NCBI GenBank assembly: GCA_028534125.1
Contig: CM052816.1
Coordinates: forward strand, 96,226,001-96,290,000
DNA: 64,000 bases
Source: Lama glama
Taxonomy: Eukaryota
Direction of reading: 5' to 3'
Shown: positions 62,351-64,000 of the stretch, in pieces
Position numbering within the stretch: position 1 is the first letter of the stretch
How the letters are laid out: every line of letters starts with the position of its first letter
The notes under the pieces: model-generated
Database searches by the model: none
What the model saw: the letters and a program-made list of their open reading frames with translations, nothing else
Told to the model about the DNA's origin: nothing
Made by a program: the position numbers and the translations under genes

Positions 62351-64000
62351 GTACGTCCGCTCTCTGCGCCCGCGCCGCCATCCTCACGCTCGCTGTCACT
62401 CCAGCGTGGTCGGTTTCCCGGCGGTTTTCCTTTGGGATCTATCTAGCTCAGCTTATCTGTGGCATCCCTTTCTGTTGAGCTGAATGGCCCCTCTCTTTTC
62501 CTGGCATCCTTTAATTTTGACCAAAGCTTGGGGCTGACAGCATCACTGGGCCACCAGGGAGCCCGCAGGCTTTGCTCAGCTGAGCAGTTCCCAAGGGACT
62601 GGAGATCCAGGGACAGTGGGCACCTCCAGTGGGTTCCCTCCCAAGGCAAGTGAGTCTGGTGGAGAATGCTTATTCATCTGGACCGCCCTCCAACCTACGA
62701 TTCCAAGTAGGGCCTGTGCCAGGCCTGGTCCAGATGGTACTGATCAAATGAGGTAAGTTTTCCGTCACAGCCAGATTCAGCAAGTGGTGCGTAAGTGAGG
62801 GTGTACTCAGTATTTTGGTTGCATTTATAGTTACACACTTGTCTCTTAACTTGTCTTTTAACCCTCAGTGAAGCTGCAGGATGACCCGGGGTGGGGGATC
62901 CTTGTCCGTGTATTTTAAGCTTTCAGCACGCCATGGGGACATTTCCGTGGTCTCATATTTGACAATTTCTTGCTTTTTATAGATGCAGACATTTGGTTTT
63001 GGCTTCATAAAATCTGCAGTTGTGATCATTGGTTCTTCTCTTGCGTATTTAAAGTACATTCCCGTATATGGTTGTTGGGAGAAAATCCAAGTAGGTGAAT
63101 TTCAAATCACTTTCTGGACGCTTACTCTTCGTCCTCACATAAACTTACCTTATTGATCCACGTGAAGCAAAATGACTTTCAATACCTTTTAATTAAAATG
63201 TAGCAAGGCTTGTATCCAATGAAATGAGTTCAGTGGGGACCTCATAAAAATGCTGTATGCAATTATTTGCTACATGATTAATATTTATATAGACAAAAAC
63301 CAACAGGCTTAGTGTATAGATAATTCGTTATTATTTATTACAGCCTGCAACTAACTGCAGAGAATTGTTTCTTCCTTTCTCCACTGTGTTCTTAAATTAC
63401 CAATTAAGATTTCATTCTTTTGGTTCAAAGGAAAATGCAGGATGATTTTTACAAAGCAGGGCTGGTTGTTTTTAAAGTGGTCCCCGGAGACAGTCTTGTA
63501 CACGTCTGTCATTTCCAATTTGACACCAGTTGATAAGTGGGAAAGCTGATTATGGGAAAGTCGTCTCCCTGCTATTTTTTTGGCATTGTAAGATTTCAAA
63601 TTGATTGGAAGTTTTAAAATGCTATACGTTGTCACATAATAAAGCCCGTTCAGGCAAAGTCACCTCCATCAGTGCAAAGTCGCCCCTAGAATCACCACAC
63701 TTCCTAAAGCCTAACACCCGTTATCACCTTTCACAGGAGCACACGGGAAGGAAGCTGGTTTATTCTGCGGTTAACACAGATATGTGTTCTGTGTCCATTT
63801 ACAAGTGTTCATGGGCTTCATTTTCAGAAAAAGAATAGGATGACGAATGTGTTTGGGGGACTCCCACTTAAAATGTTCTTTTTTTTTTTAACAGAAGAAA
63901 CACTCATTTGGGCTAGATGAATATTGCTTAGTGAGGAAAAATTTGAACTTAAGTAATAGATGCATGGATGGTAAGAACAGGGACTGTGCCCCCTTGAAAG

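Noticed and set aside
1..64000. CRISPR arrays, operons or other prokaryote-type systems
   Set aside because: The sequence is mammalian intronic DNA; there are no regularly spaced repeat-spacer arrays or dense coding blocks.

Overview
Mammalian, very probably camelid (Vic-1-type tRNA-derived SINEs, camelid-like L1 3' ends), genomic DNA from inside the SEMA5A (semaphorin-5A) gene on the + strand. Five internal coding exons are present with canonical AG/GT sites: 16723-17008, 35568-35775, 49610-49727, 56905-57086 and 62207-62350. They encode parts of the Sema domain, the PSI domain and the first thrombospondin type-1 repeats. The last four splice in frame. The first two do not, because two expected Sema-domain exons are absent; they most likely lie in the 500-N assembly gap at 20496-20995. 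The rest is intronic: SINE, LINE, LTR and DNA-transposon relics, an intronic CpG-rich island at about 4.3-5.0 kb, and a few candidate regulatory motifs. I found no convincing new biological system. The best leads are the missing exons, a sense SINE supplying poly(A) signals just after a weak donor, inverted SINEs flanking the first exon, and the CpG island. Repeat family names and human exon numbering are from recall of consensus sequences, not database searches.
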